Shown here: piece after piece, positions 10,756-18,665 of the stretch | How the letters are laid out: every line of letters starts with the position of its first letter | How positions within the stretch are numbered: position 1 is the stretch's first letter | Source: Candidatus Peribacteria bacterium RIFCSPHIGHO2_01_FULL_55_13 | Lineage (GTDB): Bacteria; Patescibacteriota; Gracilibacteria; Peribacterales; Peribacteraceae | DNA length: 51,314 nucleotides | Direction: 5' to 3' | Assembly: GCA_001788925.1 (NCBI GenBank) | Contig: MFXS01000041.1 | Location: 1 to 51,314, forward strand | Translations under genes and position numbers: made by a program | Notes under the pieces: generated by a model | What the model was told of the DNA's origin: nothing | Seen by the model: the letters and a program-made list of their open reading frames with translations, nothing else | The model's database searches: none

Positions 10756-10757
10756 GT

Positions 10758-10904
10758 ATGGCTGTTGAACACGCAGCAGAGGCAACATTCGAGGCAGCCG
10801 GGAATTTTCTGGCGAGCCCTGCTGTTCTTGCTGTGGCTACGATTGCAGGTGTCGCAGCAATCAGCTATTTTGCCGTGAGGAATGTCTTTCGATCTTTTTC
10901 GTAG
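10758..10904 (+). CDS. 48-aa single-pass membrane protein (not in ORF track)
   Basis: MAVEHAAEATFEAAGNFLASPAVLAVATIAGVAAISYFAVRNVFRSFS; starts 2 nt after the upstream stop. Confidence 0.6.
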   Translation: MAVEHAAEATFEAAGNFLASPAVLAVATIAGVAAISYFAVRNVFRSFS

Positions 10905-10960
10905 AAGAAAGAACCCGCAGCAATCTCGTAGAGATCGCAACTTTCCGCTACGGTTTCCCC

Positions 10961-11278
10961 ATGCCCACGTTCGATTTCCTCTGCACCGCCTGCAACTCTA
11001 CGTTTGAATTCTCCCGCCCATTCGGGAGCACCGAGCATCCGAAGTGCCCTGCCTGCGGATCGAAAAAGACCGAAAAGCAGATCGCGCCACCGGTGATCCA
11101 GTTCAAGGGGAAGGGCTTTTACAAGACAGACAGCCAAAAAATGGCGACACCTGCTAAGCATACGAAACCCACTGAACCCAACAAACCCAATAAACCCACC
11201 GAACACAACGAATCCAACGAACCTACAAAACCCACCCCACCTGCTGCTCCAAAGAAAGAGGACAGCAAGCCAAAATAA
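10961..11278 (+). CDS. FmdB-family zinc-ribbon protein with low-complexity KPT/EPN tail
   Basis: MPTFDFLCTAC...CPACGS...IQFKGKGFYKTD; the tail is encoded by 9-nt tandem repeats. Confidence 0.88.
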   Translation: MPTFDFLCTACNSTFEFSRPFGSTEHPKCPACGSKKTEKQIAPPVIQFKGKGFYKTDSQKMATPAKHTKPTEPNKPNKPTEHNESNEPTKPTPPAAPKKEDSKPK

Positions 11279-11295
11279 TGCTATACTATTCAGAA

Positions 11296-12132
11296 ATGCC
11301 CCTCCGCCGTCACTCCCTCATCATCGAGAAAATCCTCCAGCTCCCCTACTCCGCTTTCGGCATTTTGTGGGGCGGACTCGTACTCGCGTTTGCGGCAATG
11401 TATTTCGGTCTCGGGCAGTGGATGCCCACGCAAGCGCCCACGCCGATCGGCTCCGAATCGCTCTGGAAGAGCCTGGGCGACAGCATCTATTTCAGCGTCA
11501 TTACATCGACCACGGTGGGATACGGCGACATCATTCCCCAAGGCTTCAGCAAAGTCCTCGCAGCCGTGCAAAGTGTCTTCGCGTTCTTTGTGTTCGGACT
11601 CTGTATCAGCAAGCTCGTCTCGAACAAACAGGAGATGGCCATCCGGCAGATGCATAAATTGACGCTGGAAGATGTCTTCCGCAATACGAGAGAAGGCCTC
11701 TACATCGTCCGTAAGGATTTCGACCACATCATGGCACAGGCGGAAGCGCTCAAGAAGATCGACGAGGAGCACTGGGAAAATCTCGCAGTCGCCTACAAGC
11801 AGGCACAGTCGATCATTGCTGAAATCCCGGATTTCTACCGCGGCGACGGCGATCTTTATACGATCGACGAACGCCGTGAACAGCTCCTGCAGGAAGCCGT
11901 GCATCGCACGCTGCACCGCATCAACCAGTTGATCGATGTGTTCGCACGCGTGGGGATCGATTGGATCGCGGATAGTGCGAGCGTAAGTGAACTCCTGTCT
12001 CTTGTGACGCTTGTTCATGCAATCACGCCGGACTGGAAGAACAATTCCCCGTACACGCAGCACGAAGCGTTTGAAGATATTTTGGGGGAAAGCGGGAAGA
12101 TTCATCAGAGGATGGTGAACGTGGCCGCGTAG
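11296..12132 (+). CDS. Two-TM potassium channel family protein
   Basis: Selectivity filter TTVGYGD flanked by TM helices. Extended -10 TGcTATACT at 11279-11287 favours ATG 11296. Confidence 0.88.
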   Translation: MPLRRHSLIIEKILQLPYSAFGILWGGLVLAFAAMYFGLGQWMPTQAPTPIGSESLWKSLGDSIYFSVITSTTVGYGDIIPQGFSKVLAAVQSVFAFFVFGLCISKLVSNKQEMAIRQMHKLTLEDVFRNTREGLYIVRKDFDHIMAQAEALKKIDEEHWENLAVAYKQAQSIIAEIPDFYRGDGDLYTIDERREQLLQEAVHRTLHRINQLIDVFARVGIDWIADSASVSELLSLVTLVHAITPDWKNNSPYTQHEAFEDILGESGKIHQRMVNVAA

Positions 12133-12191
12133 AGACGTACCTTTGGTACGTCTCCACCTACCAAAGAGACGCACCACAGGTGCGTCTCTAC
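12129..12191. repeat. Pair of GTAG-type REP-like palindromes between convergent genes
   Basis: GTAGAGACGTACC-ttt-GGTACGTCTC and AGAGACGCACC-aca-GGTGCGTCTCTAC. Confidence 0.75.
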
Positions 12192-12216
12192 ATCCACAAT
12201 CATGTTTTTCGTATGT

Positions 12217-14490
12217 TTACCGTCTAAATCCCCCTCCCCTTGGCGGTCCACCGCGTCCTCCGCCAGCGAATCCTCCGGGGCGCGGGCCACGCGGGCTGTC
12301 ATTGAACCCTTCTGGAGTTCCTGCAGGGCGTTCCTGCATTTGCTTGAGGGAGAGACGGGTCTTTCCTTCGACGGCATCGTACTCGATGCACTTGGCCTGC
12401 ACTTTCTGACCGACCGTGAGGACGTCTTCCACCTGGTCTGTGCGCTTCCACTGAAGCTCGGAGATATGGATCATGCCGTCCTTGCCGCGGAGGAATTCCA
12501 CGATGGCGCCGACGCCCGCGATGATGCGGACGACTGTGCAGTCGTAGATGGTGCCCACGACGGGCTTGGCGACGATGCCGAGGATCCATTCCTTGGCCTT
12601 GATCATGGCTTCGCCGTTCACGGAGGTCACGAAGACGAGGCCGCTGTCTTCAATATCGATCTCCACGCCGAGTTCCTTCGTGATCTTCTGGATCGTCTCT
12701 CCACCCTTGCCGATGACGAGGCGGATATCCTCCGGATTCACCTGGATCGTCTCGATACGCGGTGCGTACGGCGAGAGCTCCTTACGAGGCTCGGCGATGG
12801 CTGCAAGCATTGTTTTGAGGATGGATGCGCGGCCGGTCTTGGAGCGCTCGAGGGCTTCTTTAAAGACGCTGTCAGGGAGACCTTTGATCTTGATATCCAT
12901 CTGGATGGCGGTGACGCCCTTCGCCGTTCCTCCGACTTTGAAGTCCATGTCGCCGCCGAAATCCTCTTCATCCTGAAGATCGGAGAGGATGATGTATTTG
13001 CCTTTCTCTTCATCGGAGATAAGCCCAAGGGCGATACCGGCAACAGGAGCGGAAATTGGAACGCCGGCGGCCATCAGTGCCAAGGTTGATCCACACGTTG
13101 CAGCCATCGAGGAGCTGCCGTTACTTTCCAGAATTTCGGTGACCGTGCGGATGGTGTACGGGAAGTCTTCCTCTTTCGGGAGTACCGGCTCCAATGCGCG
13201 CTGCGCAAGGTTGCCATGGCCGATTTCGCGGTTACCCACGAAAAGACGATTCGAAGTCTCTCCCACGGAGAACGGCGGGAAGTTGTAGTGATGCATGTAG
13301 CGAAGCTCCGATTCCCCTACCATGCCTTCGCTGAGCTGCTTGTCGCCGGGACCGCCGAGTGTACAGGTGGTAAGGCCCTGTGTTTCACCGCGCTGGAAGA
13401 GCGCTGAACCGTGTACGCGGTTCGGGAGAATGTCGATGATGGAACCGATCGCGCGGATCTGATCGAATGTGCGGCTGCTCATGCGGAGGCCCTCCTCTAA
13501 TACGAGTCTGCGCATCTCGTTCTTCACGATCTTGTCGACCATTGCCGATCCGTAGCCGACGAGCTTCTCCTTCTCCTCATCGTTTTCCACTTTCAGCTTT
13601 CCACTATCCACTTGCTCTGTGAGCTTCTCCCCTGCTTCCTCCATGAGCTTGGTAAAGATCGCCCGGCGTTCCAGTTTGGGAAGCGTTTCTTTGATCGCTT
13701 TGTTGATGACCGGAAGCGTCCAGCCCTTCAGGAATTCATACGCCTCTTTGTGCTCATACGGAGCATCGAACTCGCGTTTGGTCTTGCCAACTTCTTTCTG
13801 GATATCGGCGAAGAACTTTGCGATCTTCTGCGCCCACTTCTTGCCAAATTCGATGGCGCGGAGGATCTCCTCTTCGGGCACCTGGTTCGCTCCGGCTTCG
13901 ATCATCACGACGCGATCGAGAGATGCTGTAAGAAAGAGATCGAGTTCGGATTTGAGCATCGCCTCGCGGCTGGGGTTCAAGACCAGCTCGCCTCCGATGA
14001 GCCCCACGCGGACAGACGCAATCGGCCCGTCGCACGGACAATCGGAAATGGCGGCGGCCAAGTTCGCGGCGTTTGCGCCGGCGACATCGTATTCATTCTC
14101 AAAGTCGTAGCTGAGCACCGTGCAAAAGACCTGAATGTCATTGCGGATGTGCTTGAGGATCATCGGGCGAAGACCGCGATCGACGACACGAGCCGTGAGG
14201 ACGAAGTTGTCGCTCGGCCTGCCTTCGCGCTTGCGGAAGCGGCTCCCGGCGATCTTGCCTCCGGCGTAGAACTTTTCCTGGAACACAACCTGCAACGGCA
14301 GGAAATCGACCCCGGCGCGTGCCTTGGCCGAAAGCGTGACGTTACCCATGACGACGGTGTCGCCCATCTGGCAAAGCACCGTGGCATTCGCCTGGTTTGC
14401 AAGCATGCCGGTACGGACGATGAGCGGGGCATCCCCGAGCATCAAAGCGAACTCTTTGTTCGGCGCAATCGCCGATGATGATGTAGACAT
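12217..14490 (-). CDS. pnp: Polyribonucleotide nucleotidyltransferase (PNPase)
   Basis: Two RNase PH domains (HGSALFQRGETQ, ESNGSSSMA, GDMDFKV), KH (IGKGGETI) and S1 domains. Confidence 0.97.
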   Translation of the reverse strand: MSTSSSAIAPNKEFALMLGDAPLIVRTGMLANQANATVLCQMGDTVVMGNVTLSAKARAGVDFLPLQVVFQEKFYAGGKIAGSRFRKREGRPSDNFVLTARVVDRGLRPMILKHIRNDIQVFCTVLSYDFENEYDVAGANAANLAAAISDCPCDGPIASVRVGLIGGELVLNPSREAMLKSELDLFLTASLDRVVMIEAGANQVPEEEILRAIEFGKKWAQKIAKFFADIQKEVGKTKREFDAPYEHKEAYEFLKGWTLPVINKAIKETLPKLERRAIFTKLMEEAGEKLTEQVDSGKLKVENDEEKEKLVGYGSAMVDKIVKNEMRRLVLEEGLRMSSRTFDQIRAIGSIIDILPNRVHGSALFQRGETQGLTTCTLGGPGDKQLSEGMVGESELRYMHHYNFPPFSVGETSNRLFVGNREIGHGNLAQRALEPVLPKEEDFPYTIRTVTEILESNGSSSMAATCGSTLALMAAGVPISAPVAGIALGLISDEEKGKYIILSDLQDEEDFGGDMDFKVGGTAKGVTAIQMDIKIKGLPDSVFKEALERSKTGRASILKTMLAAIAEPRKELSPYAPRIETIQVNPEDIRLVIGKGGETIQKITKELGVEIDIEDSGLVFVTSVNGEAMIKAKEWILGIVAKPVVGTIYDCTVVRIIAGVGAIVEFLRGKDGMIHISELQWKRTDQVEDVLTVGQKVQAKCIEYDAVEGKTRLSLKQMQERPAGTPEGFNDSPRGPRPGGFAGGGRGGPPRGGGFRR

Positions 14491-14527
14491 AAAAAGAAGA
14501 GGAAGGAAATACCCTTCCGCTCATGCG

Positions 14528-14637
14528 TACTCCTCATTCCTCGGATGGATTCACATTGCAGTCTCCGATCATGTCATGCTGAGCTTGTCGAAGCAGACAT
14601 ACGAGGAAACTCCAACGTAAACCCAAGGGGAGGAGTA
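14528..14637 (-). promoter_or_regulatory. Long stem-loop in the pnp 5' UTR
   Basis: TACTCCTC (14528-14535) with GAGGAGTA (14630-14637), and TTCCTCG (14537-14543) with CGAGGAA (14602-14608). Confidence 0.5.
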
Positions 14638-14692
14638 AGAAGAGATCGGCGGAGGGAAGGAACTGGGGAGAGTATACACTCATCCATTACAT

Positions 14693-14730
14693 AAAAAGCC
14701 CCTTTCCACCGAAAACTCGGGGAAAGGGGC
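14693..14730 (-). terminator. Intrinsic terminator
   Basis: GCCCCTTTCC...GGAAAGGGGC hairpin followed by a T-run on the minus strand. Confidence 0.8.
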
Positions 14731-14762
14731 AGACTGCAGATCTCAAGGAGCAGAGGTGTTGA

Positions 14763-15305
14763 TCACAAAGACGCAATTAGTTTTCCAAATGTCTGCAAAA
14801 AAACTAACTGCGTTTGTTCCGAAGCAAGAATGTAGTCTTCATACAATTCGTAAAGACTCGTCTGATAATATTCAGGACTCCTAAACTCGCTTTCGGCGTA
14901 ATGCATCTTGGGAAACATTGGCAGTATCAGTACTTTATGGACGGAAAAGTAACGTGCTAACCTTGCAGCAACGGAGGCTTTGCTCAGTATCTCACCTGTA
15001 AATGGATCATTCAGCCAGTGCTTTGGGTACGAAACTCCACAACGATGTCTCTTACCGTCACCGATACGTGGCAATATCCATCTTCTACTTAGAAAACCCC
15101 ACTTATGTTCGTAGCATTTCTCCTCTTCTAGATATTCGCCTGCTATGTGTCTGTGGATACCATACATTTCGTAAACTGCTTTAGGGCAGGAAGTACCCAC
15201 ACTAATTATTCTGTATGGGAGACCACCCATAGGATGGTATTGCATGCCGCATGCTCGATCCATCTCATCAGCCGTAAAGCTGAATGGCAATACTCGTTTT
15301 TTCAT
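14763..15305 (-). CDS. Hypothetical protein, paralogue 3 of a local family
   Basis: Shares T..xxDR..G..YHP..G / WG / RIGDG / W..DPFTGE with its neighbours; AGGAG SD upstream. Confidence 0.75.
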   Translation of the reverse strand: MKKRVLPFSFTADEMDRACGMQYHPMGGLPYRIISVGTSCPKAVYEMYGIHRHIAGEYLEEEKCYEHKWGFLSRRWILPRIGDGKRHRCGVSYPKHWLNDPFTGEILSKASVAARLARYFSVHKVLILPMFPKMHYAESEFRSPEYYQTSLYELYEDYILASEQTQLVFLQTFGKLIASL

Positions 15306-15590
15306 CTACTCTCTCCTTAAAAATTCTCCAGTAAACGGATCAAATAACCAAAGACGGGGATAGGGGTCTCCCGCTTCATATTTCTTCCGACCTCCCGTGA
15401 TGCAACGCAGATGATCATAGCGATACTCCGTCTCACCCCAACCCATAGGAAGGATAGGAATACAGCGACACCATCGTTGCCCATGTCTGCAAAATTCCAA
15501 CGCACTCAGGCGTTCCCCACTGAGAGGATGAAACGTCATCCCCTCCCCGCGATTAAGCTGCTTCGCCGTATAGGCTCTTAAAAAGTTCAT
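15306..15590 (-). CDS. Hypothetical protein, paralogue 2 of a local family
   Basis: MNFLRAYTAKQLNRGEGMTFHPLSG...WLFDPFTGE; AGGAG SD upstream of ATG 15590. Confidence 0.72.
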   Translation of the reverse strand: MNFLRAYTAKQLNRGEGMTFHPLSGERLSALEFCRHGQRWCRCIPILPMGWGETEYRYDHLRCITGGRKKYEAGDPYPRLWLFDPFTGEFLRRE

Positions 15591-15795
15591 GATCGATCTT
15601 CTCCTTGTCGGTGCTGTGAATGATCTGCAGCCAGACTCGCAAAAGCGAATCAACCCTACTCACATGAGCAGAGCGCACTACAGACTTCATTCTTCAATTC
15701 GACACAATCTCCAGGGCGCTCCACTCGTGTGTGGAACGCCGCCAAGCGCCGACGGGGGAAAGTGCATAAATCATGTGTACTGATGTACCGGAACA

Positions 15796-15824
15796 AATGT
15801 ACATTGTGACAAACGCGTTGTCAA
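15796..15824 (-). promoter_or_regulatory. sigma70-type promoter
   Basis: TTGACA-17 bp-TACATT on the minus strand. Confidence 0.65.
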
Positions 15825-15825
15825 G

Positions 15826-16266
15826 TTATTTCTGAAGCGGCTGTCGTGTTTGCCAGTGAAACTTCCAATGCGGCAACGGAAAATCGGACTCCGCATGGTC
15901 CTTGCCATCGCCGATGCGAGAAAGCTGTTCCGACTCCGCAGTGTTTTCCCCCCAACCAGAATACTGATGTTCCACGACATGGCAGTGACGTGCCTCATCA
16001 AACCGTGTGCCTACAATGCAATTGCCTGTAATGGGATGGTAGAGTAGACCAAAATGTCCCCGATCAATCTGGTCCGAAGTCCACCGACGCACATGCTCCG
16101 CACTTTGCACTTGGTTCGGTAGTAATGTCTCCGTGGGCTCGCGGATTGCAAGCGTGAGATTCGGTACTGCATTGGACACCGGAGAAGCATCCGGCGATGA
16201 TGCTGGGACAGTAATCTGTTCCGGAACGAGTATATAGCCGTCAGATGGAGAATCATGAAGAAGCAT
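15826..16266 (-). CDS. Hypothetical protein, paralogue 1 of a local family
   Basis: WTSDQIDRGHFGLLYHPITG...GWGE...LSRIGDG...PHW; start uncertain. Confidence 0.68.
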   Translation of the reverse strand: MLLHDSPSDGYILVPEQITVPASSPDASPVSNAVPNLTLAIREPTETLLPNQVQSAEHVRRWTSDQIDRGHFGLLYHPITGNCIVGTRFDEARHCHVVEHQYSGWGENTAESEQLSRIGDGKDHAESDFPLPHWKFHWQTRQPLQK

Positions 16267-16570
16267 GATGTAACCGCATCTTCCTTTTACTCACTCCAAG
16301 CTTCTTCAGGAAATACTCAAATCCCCCGCTCCCGTACTGCAGCATTCTCGATCCCCGGGTAATTTTACTGATGCTCACTCCCAGATCCTGCGCGATGTCG
16401 CGCTGCGGCTCCCCCGCATGAAGTTTCTGAATGAGTTGCCACCGCTCCGAAAGGCTCGCCAATTCCTGGGGCGTCAGAAGGTCCTGCAGAAGCATCTCAG
16501 CTTCCTTGGGAGTGTCGACAACCGCAAAGAGGCGGTAGAGCTCCTGCTGATGGGGATCGGACGTGCGCAT
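16253..16570 (-). CDS. TrpR/YerC-YecD family HTH regulator
   Basis: LLQDLLTPQEL..LSERW...PQRDIAQDLGVSISKITRGS. Extended -10 TGgTATACT lies 8 nt before ATG 16570. Confidence 0.85.
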   Translation of the reverse strand: MRTSDPHQQELYRLFAVVDTPKEAEMLLQDLLTPQELASLSERWQLIQKLHAGEPQRDIAQDLGVSISKITRGSRMLQYGSGGFEYFLKKLGVSKRKMRLHHASS

Positions 16571-16600
16571 CGCGTACCAGTATACCACTACGACGGTACA

Positions 16601-16640
16601 ACCCAACAAACTCACCAAACCCACAAAACCCAATAAACCT
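16601..16640. repeat. 9-nt tandem repeat (ACCCAACAA-like)
   Basis: Same unit family as the FmdB tail at about 11165-11233. Confidence 0.65.
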
Positions 16641-16908
16641 ACTTCTTGAGTTTATTCTTCTCCAGCGTCTCCTGATACTCATCCGGCTTGTTCATCCGGA
16701 GGTAATTCAGAAGCGTGCGGCGCTTTGCCACTTTGCCAAGGAGTCCGCGGCGAGCGGAGTGATCTTTCTTGTGTTCCTGAAGATGCTCCGTGAGCTTCCC
16801 AATCTCCTTACTGAGAATCGCAACCTGCACTGGAGGAGATCCAGTGTCTTTTGCATGTGTGCGGTGCTTGGTAATGAGACGTTTCTTGTCTGTGCGCTTG
16901 AGAGTCAT
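16639..16908 (-). CDS. rpsO: 30S ribosomal protein S15
   Basis: [12 protein letters not shown]...[21 protein letters not shown]; 89 aa from ATG 16908. Confidence 0.97.
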   Translation of the reverse strand: MTLKRTDKKRLITKHRTHAKDTGSPPVQVAILSKEIGKLTEHLQEHKKDHSARRGLLGKVAKRRTLLNYLRMNKPDEYQETLEKNKLKK

Positions 16909-16944
16909 GGGGCAGCGGGGATTAGGTAAAAAACGTGCGGAAAG

Positions 16945-16997
16945 TTCCACGCAGCTCCACCCGAGGCGATGTCCGCACCCAGGAGAGCTACGGGCCT
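16945..16997 (-). promoter_or_regulatory. Structured rpsO leader, possible S15 autoregulatory element
   Basis: CGTAGCTC pairs with GAGCTGCG around an inner GC-rich hairpin; located in the rpsO 5' UTR. Confidence 0.4.
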
Positions 16998-17066
16998 ATT
17001 GTAATCGGAAATCGTCCTGCAGCAAGGTATATACAGAATAAAAATGAAACTGAGGCAAGGGATGCC

Positions 17067-17084
17067 GGTGTACAGACGTACACC
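17067..17084. promoter_or_regulatory. Perfect palindrome GGTGTAC-N4-GTACACC, candidate LexA box of rmuC
   Basis: 16/18 identical to the palindrome in the lexA promoter. Confidence 0.65.
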
Positions 17085-17124
17085 CCTCGCGTACGCTCGG
17101 GACAAGCCCTTAGTATCCCTCTCG

Positions 17125-18258
17125 ATGGATCCCCTTTCTCTCATCATTGGCCTCGTCATCGGACTTATCGCCGGAGTCGCGGCGAGCAAGTTTCTCCTGA
17201 AAAACAACATGAAGGATGTGGAGGCCATGGCCGAGAGTCTTTCCTCGCAGGTCGTGAGCAAGCAGACGGAGAAGATTCTGCAGCTTGCTGAGACCAAACT
17301 CTCCGGAAAGAAGGAGCTGATTGACGGGACGCTCAGGCACATGAAAGACGATCTCAATAAAGTAGAACGTCTGATTCAGGATCTGGGCGACAAGAATACG
17401 AAGGTCGATGCGCGTCTGGAAAGCGCGGCAAAAGTGATCCGCGAACTGACGGATACCACGGGCAGCCTGAAAAACGCCCTCAGCAGCAACAGCAACCGTG
17501 GCCAATGGGGCGAGCGGATGGCCGAGGACGTGCTGCGGCTCTCGGGCCTCATCGAAGGCGTGAACTACGTGAAGCAGACGAAGCTTGCTGCGGGATCGCG
17601 CCCCGATTTCACCTTCATGCTCCCCAAAAACCTCAAACTCAACATGGATGTGAAGTTCCCATTCAATAATTATCAGGTCTTCGTGGAAGCAACGACGGAA
17701 GCCGAGCGCGAGAAAGCCAAGAAAGAGTTCCTCGCGGATGTGAAGCGCCGTATCAAGGAAGTGCAGACCCGCGACTACATCAATCCGGAGGATCAGACCG
17801 TGGACTACGTGCTCCTCTTTGTCCCGAACGAACAGATTTACACGTTCATCAACGAGATCGACCCGGAGATTCTGGACCACGCCATGCGCGGAAAGACGAT
17901 CCTCTGCTCTCCGATGACCCTCTACGCCATCCTCGCCGTCATCCGGCAGTCCATCGATAGCTTCTCCGTGGAGATCAAATCCAAAGAAATGCTGACGCTC
18001 TTCAGCGGCTTCAAGCAGCAATGGGAAAAGTTCAAAGATCAGATGATTACGGTGCAATCACGCTTCGACCAGGTGCACAAAGGCTACGAAGAACTCACGG
18101 GTACACGCGTGAACATGCTCGACCGGAAATTGACGAAGATTGAGGAGCTCAGAACTGAACAGAGCCTGCCGATTGAGGGAGCGGACGAAGTCTTTGAGAA
18201 AGTAAGTCGAAAGAAGTTGACAGAGATTTCTTCCTCGTTAGACTCCCGACACAAATGA
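17125..18258 (+). CDS. rmuC: DNA recombination protein RmuC
   Basis: N-terminal TM anchor, coiled coil, RGQWGE, RPD..LP....MDVKFP, DYVLLFVPNE, SPMTL. Confidence 0.93.
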   Translation: MDPLSLIIGLVIGLIAGVAASKFLLKNNMKDVEAMAESLSSQVVSKQTEKILQLAETKLSGKKELIDGTLRHMKDDLNKVERLIQDLGDKNTKVDARLESAAKVIRELTDTTGSLKNALSSNSNRGQWGERMAEDVLRLSGLIEGVNYVKQTKLAAGSRPDFTFMLPKNLKLNMDVKFPFNNYQVFVEATTEAEREKAKKEFLADVKRRIKEVQTRDYINPEDQTVDYVLLFVPNEQIYTFINEIDPEILDHAMRGKTILCSPMTLYAILAVIRQSIDSFSVEIKSKEMLTLFSGFKQQWEKFKDQMITVQSRFDQVHKGYEELTGTRVNMLDRKLTKIEELRTEQSLPIEGADEVFEKVSRKKLTEISSSLDSRHK

Positions 18259-18305
18259 CCTTGTTCGCATCCATCGTCAGCCTCGTCGTCCTTACCCGCA
18301 GCTAG
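18255..18305 (+). CDS. Putative Ile/Val/Leu-rich leader peptide MTLFASIVSLVVLTRS
   Basis: 7 of 16 codons are branched-chain residues; preceded by TTGACA-16-TAGACT (18217-18244) and followed by attenuator helices. Confidence 0.6.
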   Translation: MTLFASIVSLVVLTRS

Positions 18306-18359
18306 CGAGGCCTCTGAACCGTACTCTTCAGCCCTCGCACAAGCGGGGGTTTTTGTTTT
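18280..18359 (+). promoter_or_regulatory. Transcription attenuator (1:2, 2:3 and 3:4 helices)
   Basis: GCCTCG/CGAGGC, GCGAGG/CCTCGC, and terminator GCCCTCGC-acaa-GCGGGGGT plus T-run. Confidence 0.65.
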
Positions 18360-18373
18360 CTTCCCAAGATTCT

Positions 18374-18613
18374 ATGGCACCTAATGGTTTCTCACCCCGA
18401 CCCGAAGACGAACCACGACGAATTCATCCTCTGGAAATTCCGACGCGCGAACCAGATGAAACCAATGGTCTCTATGTATGGAACGAAGGATCGAGAATCA
18501 TCGCACAACTTCCAGATCGGGTGAACATAGCAGCCGCAGCGTATTGTTATGATGCGAATGGCATAGAAAAAACAACAAGGGAGCTGCGATTATATTTGGA
18601 AGAATTATTGTAA
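18374..18613 (+). CDS. Hypothetical protein (79 aa)
   Basis: ORF directly downstream of the attenuator; no recognisable family. Confidence 0.55.
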   Translation: MAPNGFSPRPEDEPRRIHPLEIPTREPDETNGLYVWNEGSRIIAQLPDRVNIAAAAYCYDANGIEKTTRELRLYLEELL

Positions 18614-18665
18614 TGCAGAGAAGAATCTCTCTGCCAAGTGATGGCGTATACGTTACGATAACCAC

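Noticed and set aside
10758-10904. Filamentous prophage
   Set aside because: Only a coat-like charge pattern; no replication initiator or assembly ATPase nearby.
7213-14478. Long antisense ORFs such as 7213-8082, 11290-12177, 12202-13089 and 13612-14478 (also 17110-18057, 35254-36330, 41790-42911, 45067-46107)
   Set aside because: They shadow well-supported genes on the opposite strand and lack recognisable motifs, as expected in GC-rich coding DNA.
15691-15774. Possible Trp-containing leader peptide (MIYALSPVGAWRRSTHEWSALEIVSN) near the TrpR-like gene
   Set aside because: The two Trp codons are not adjacent and no T-tailed terminator follows.
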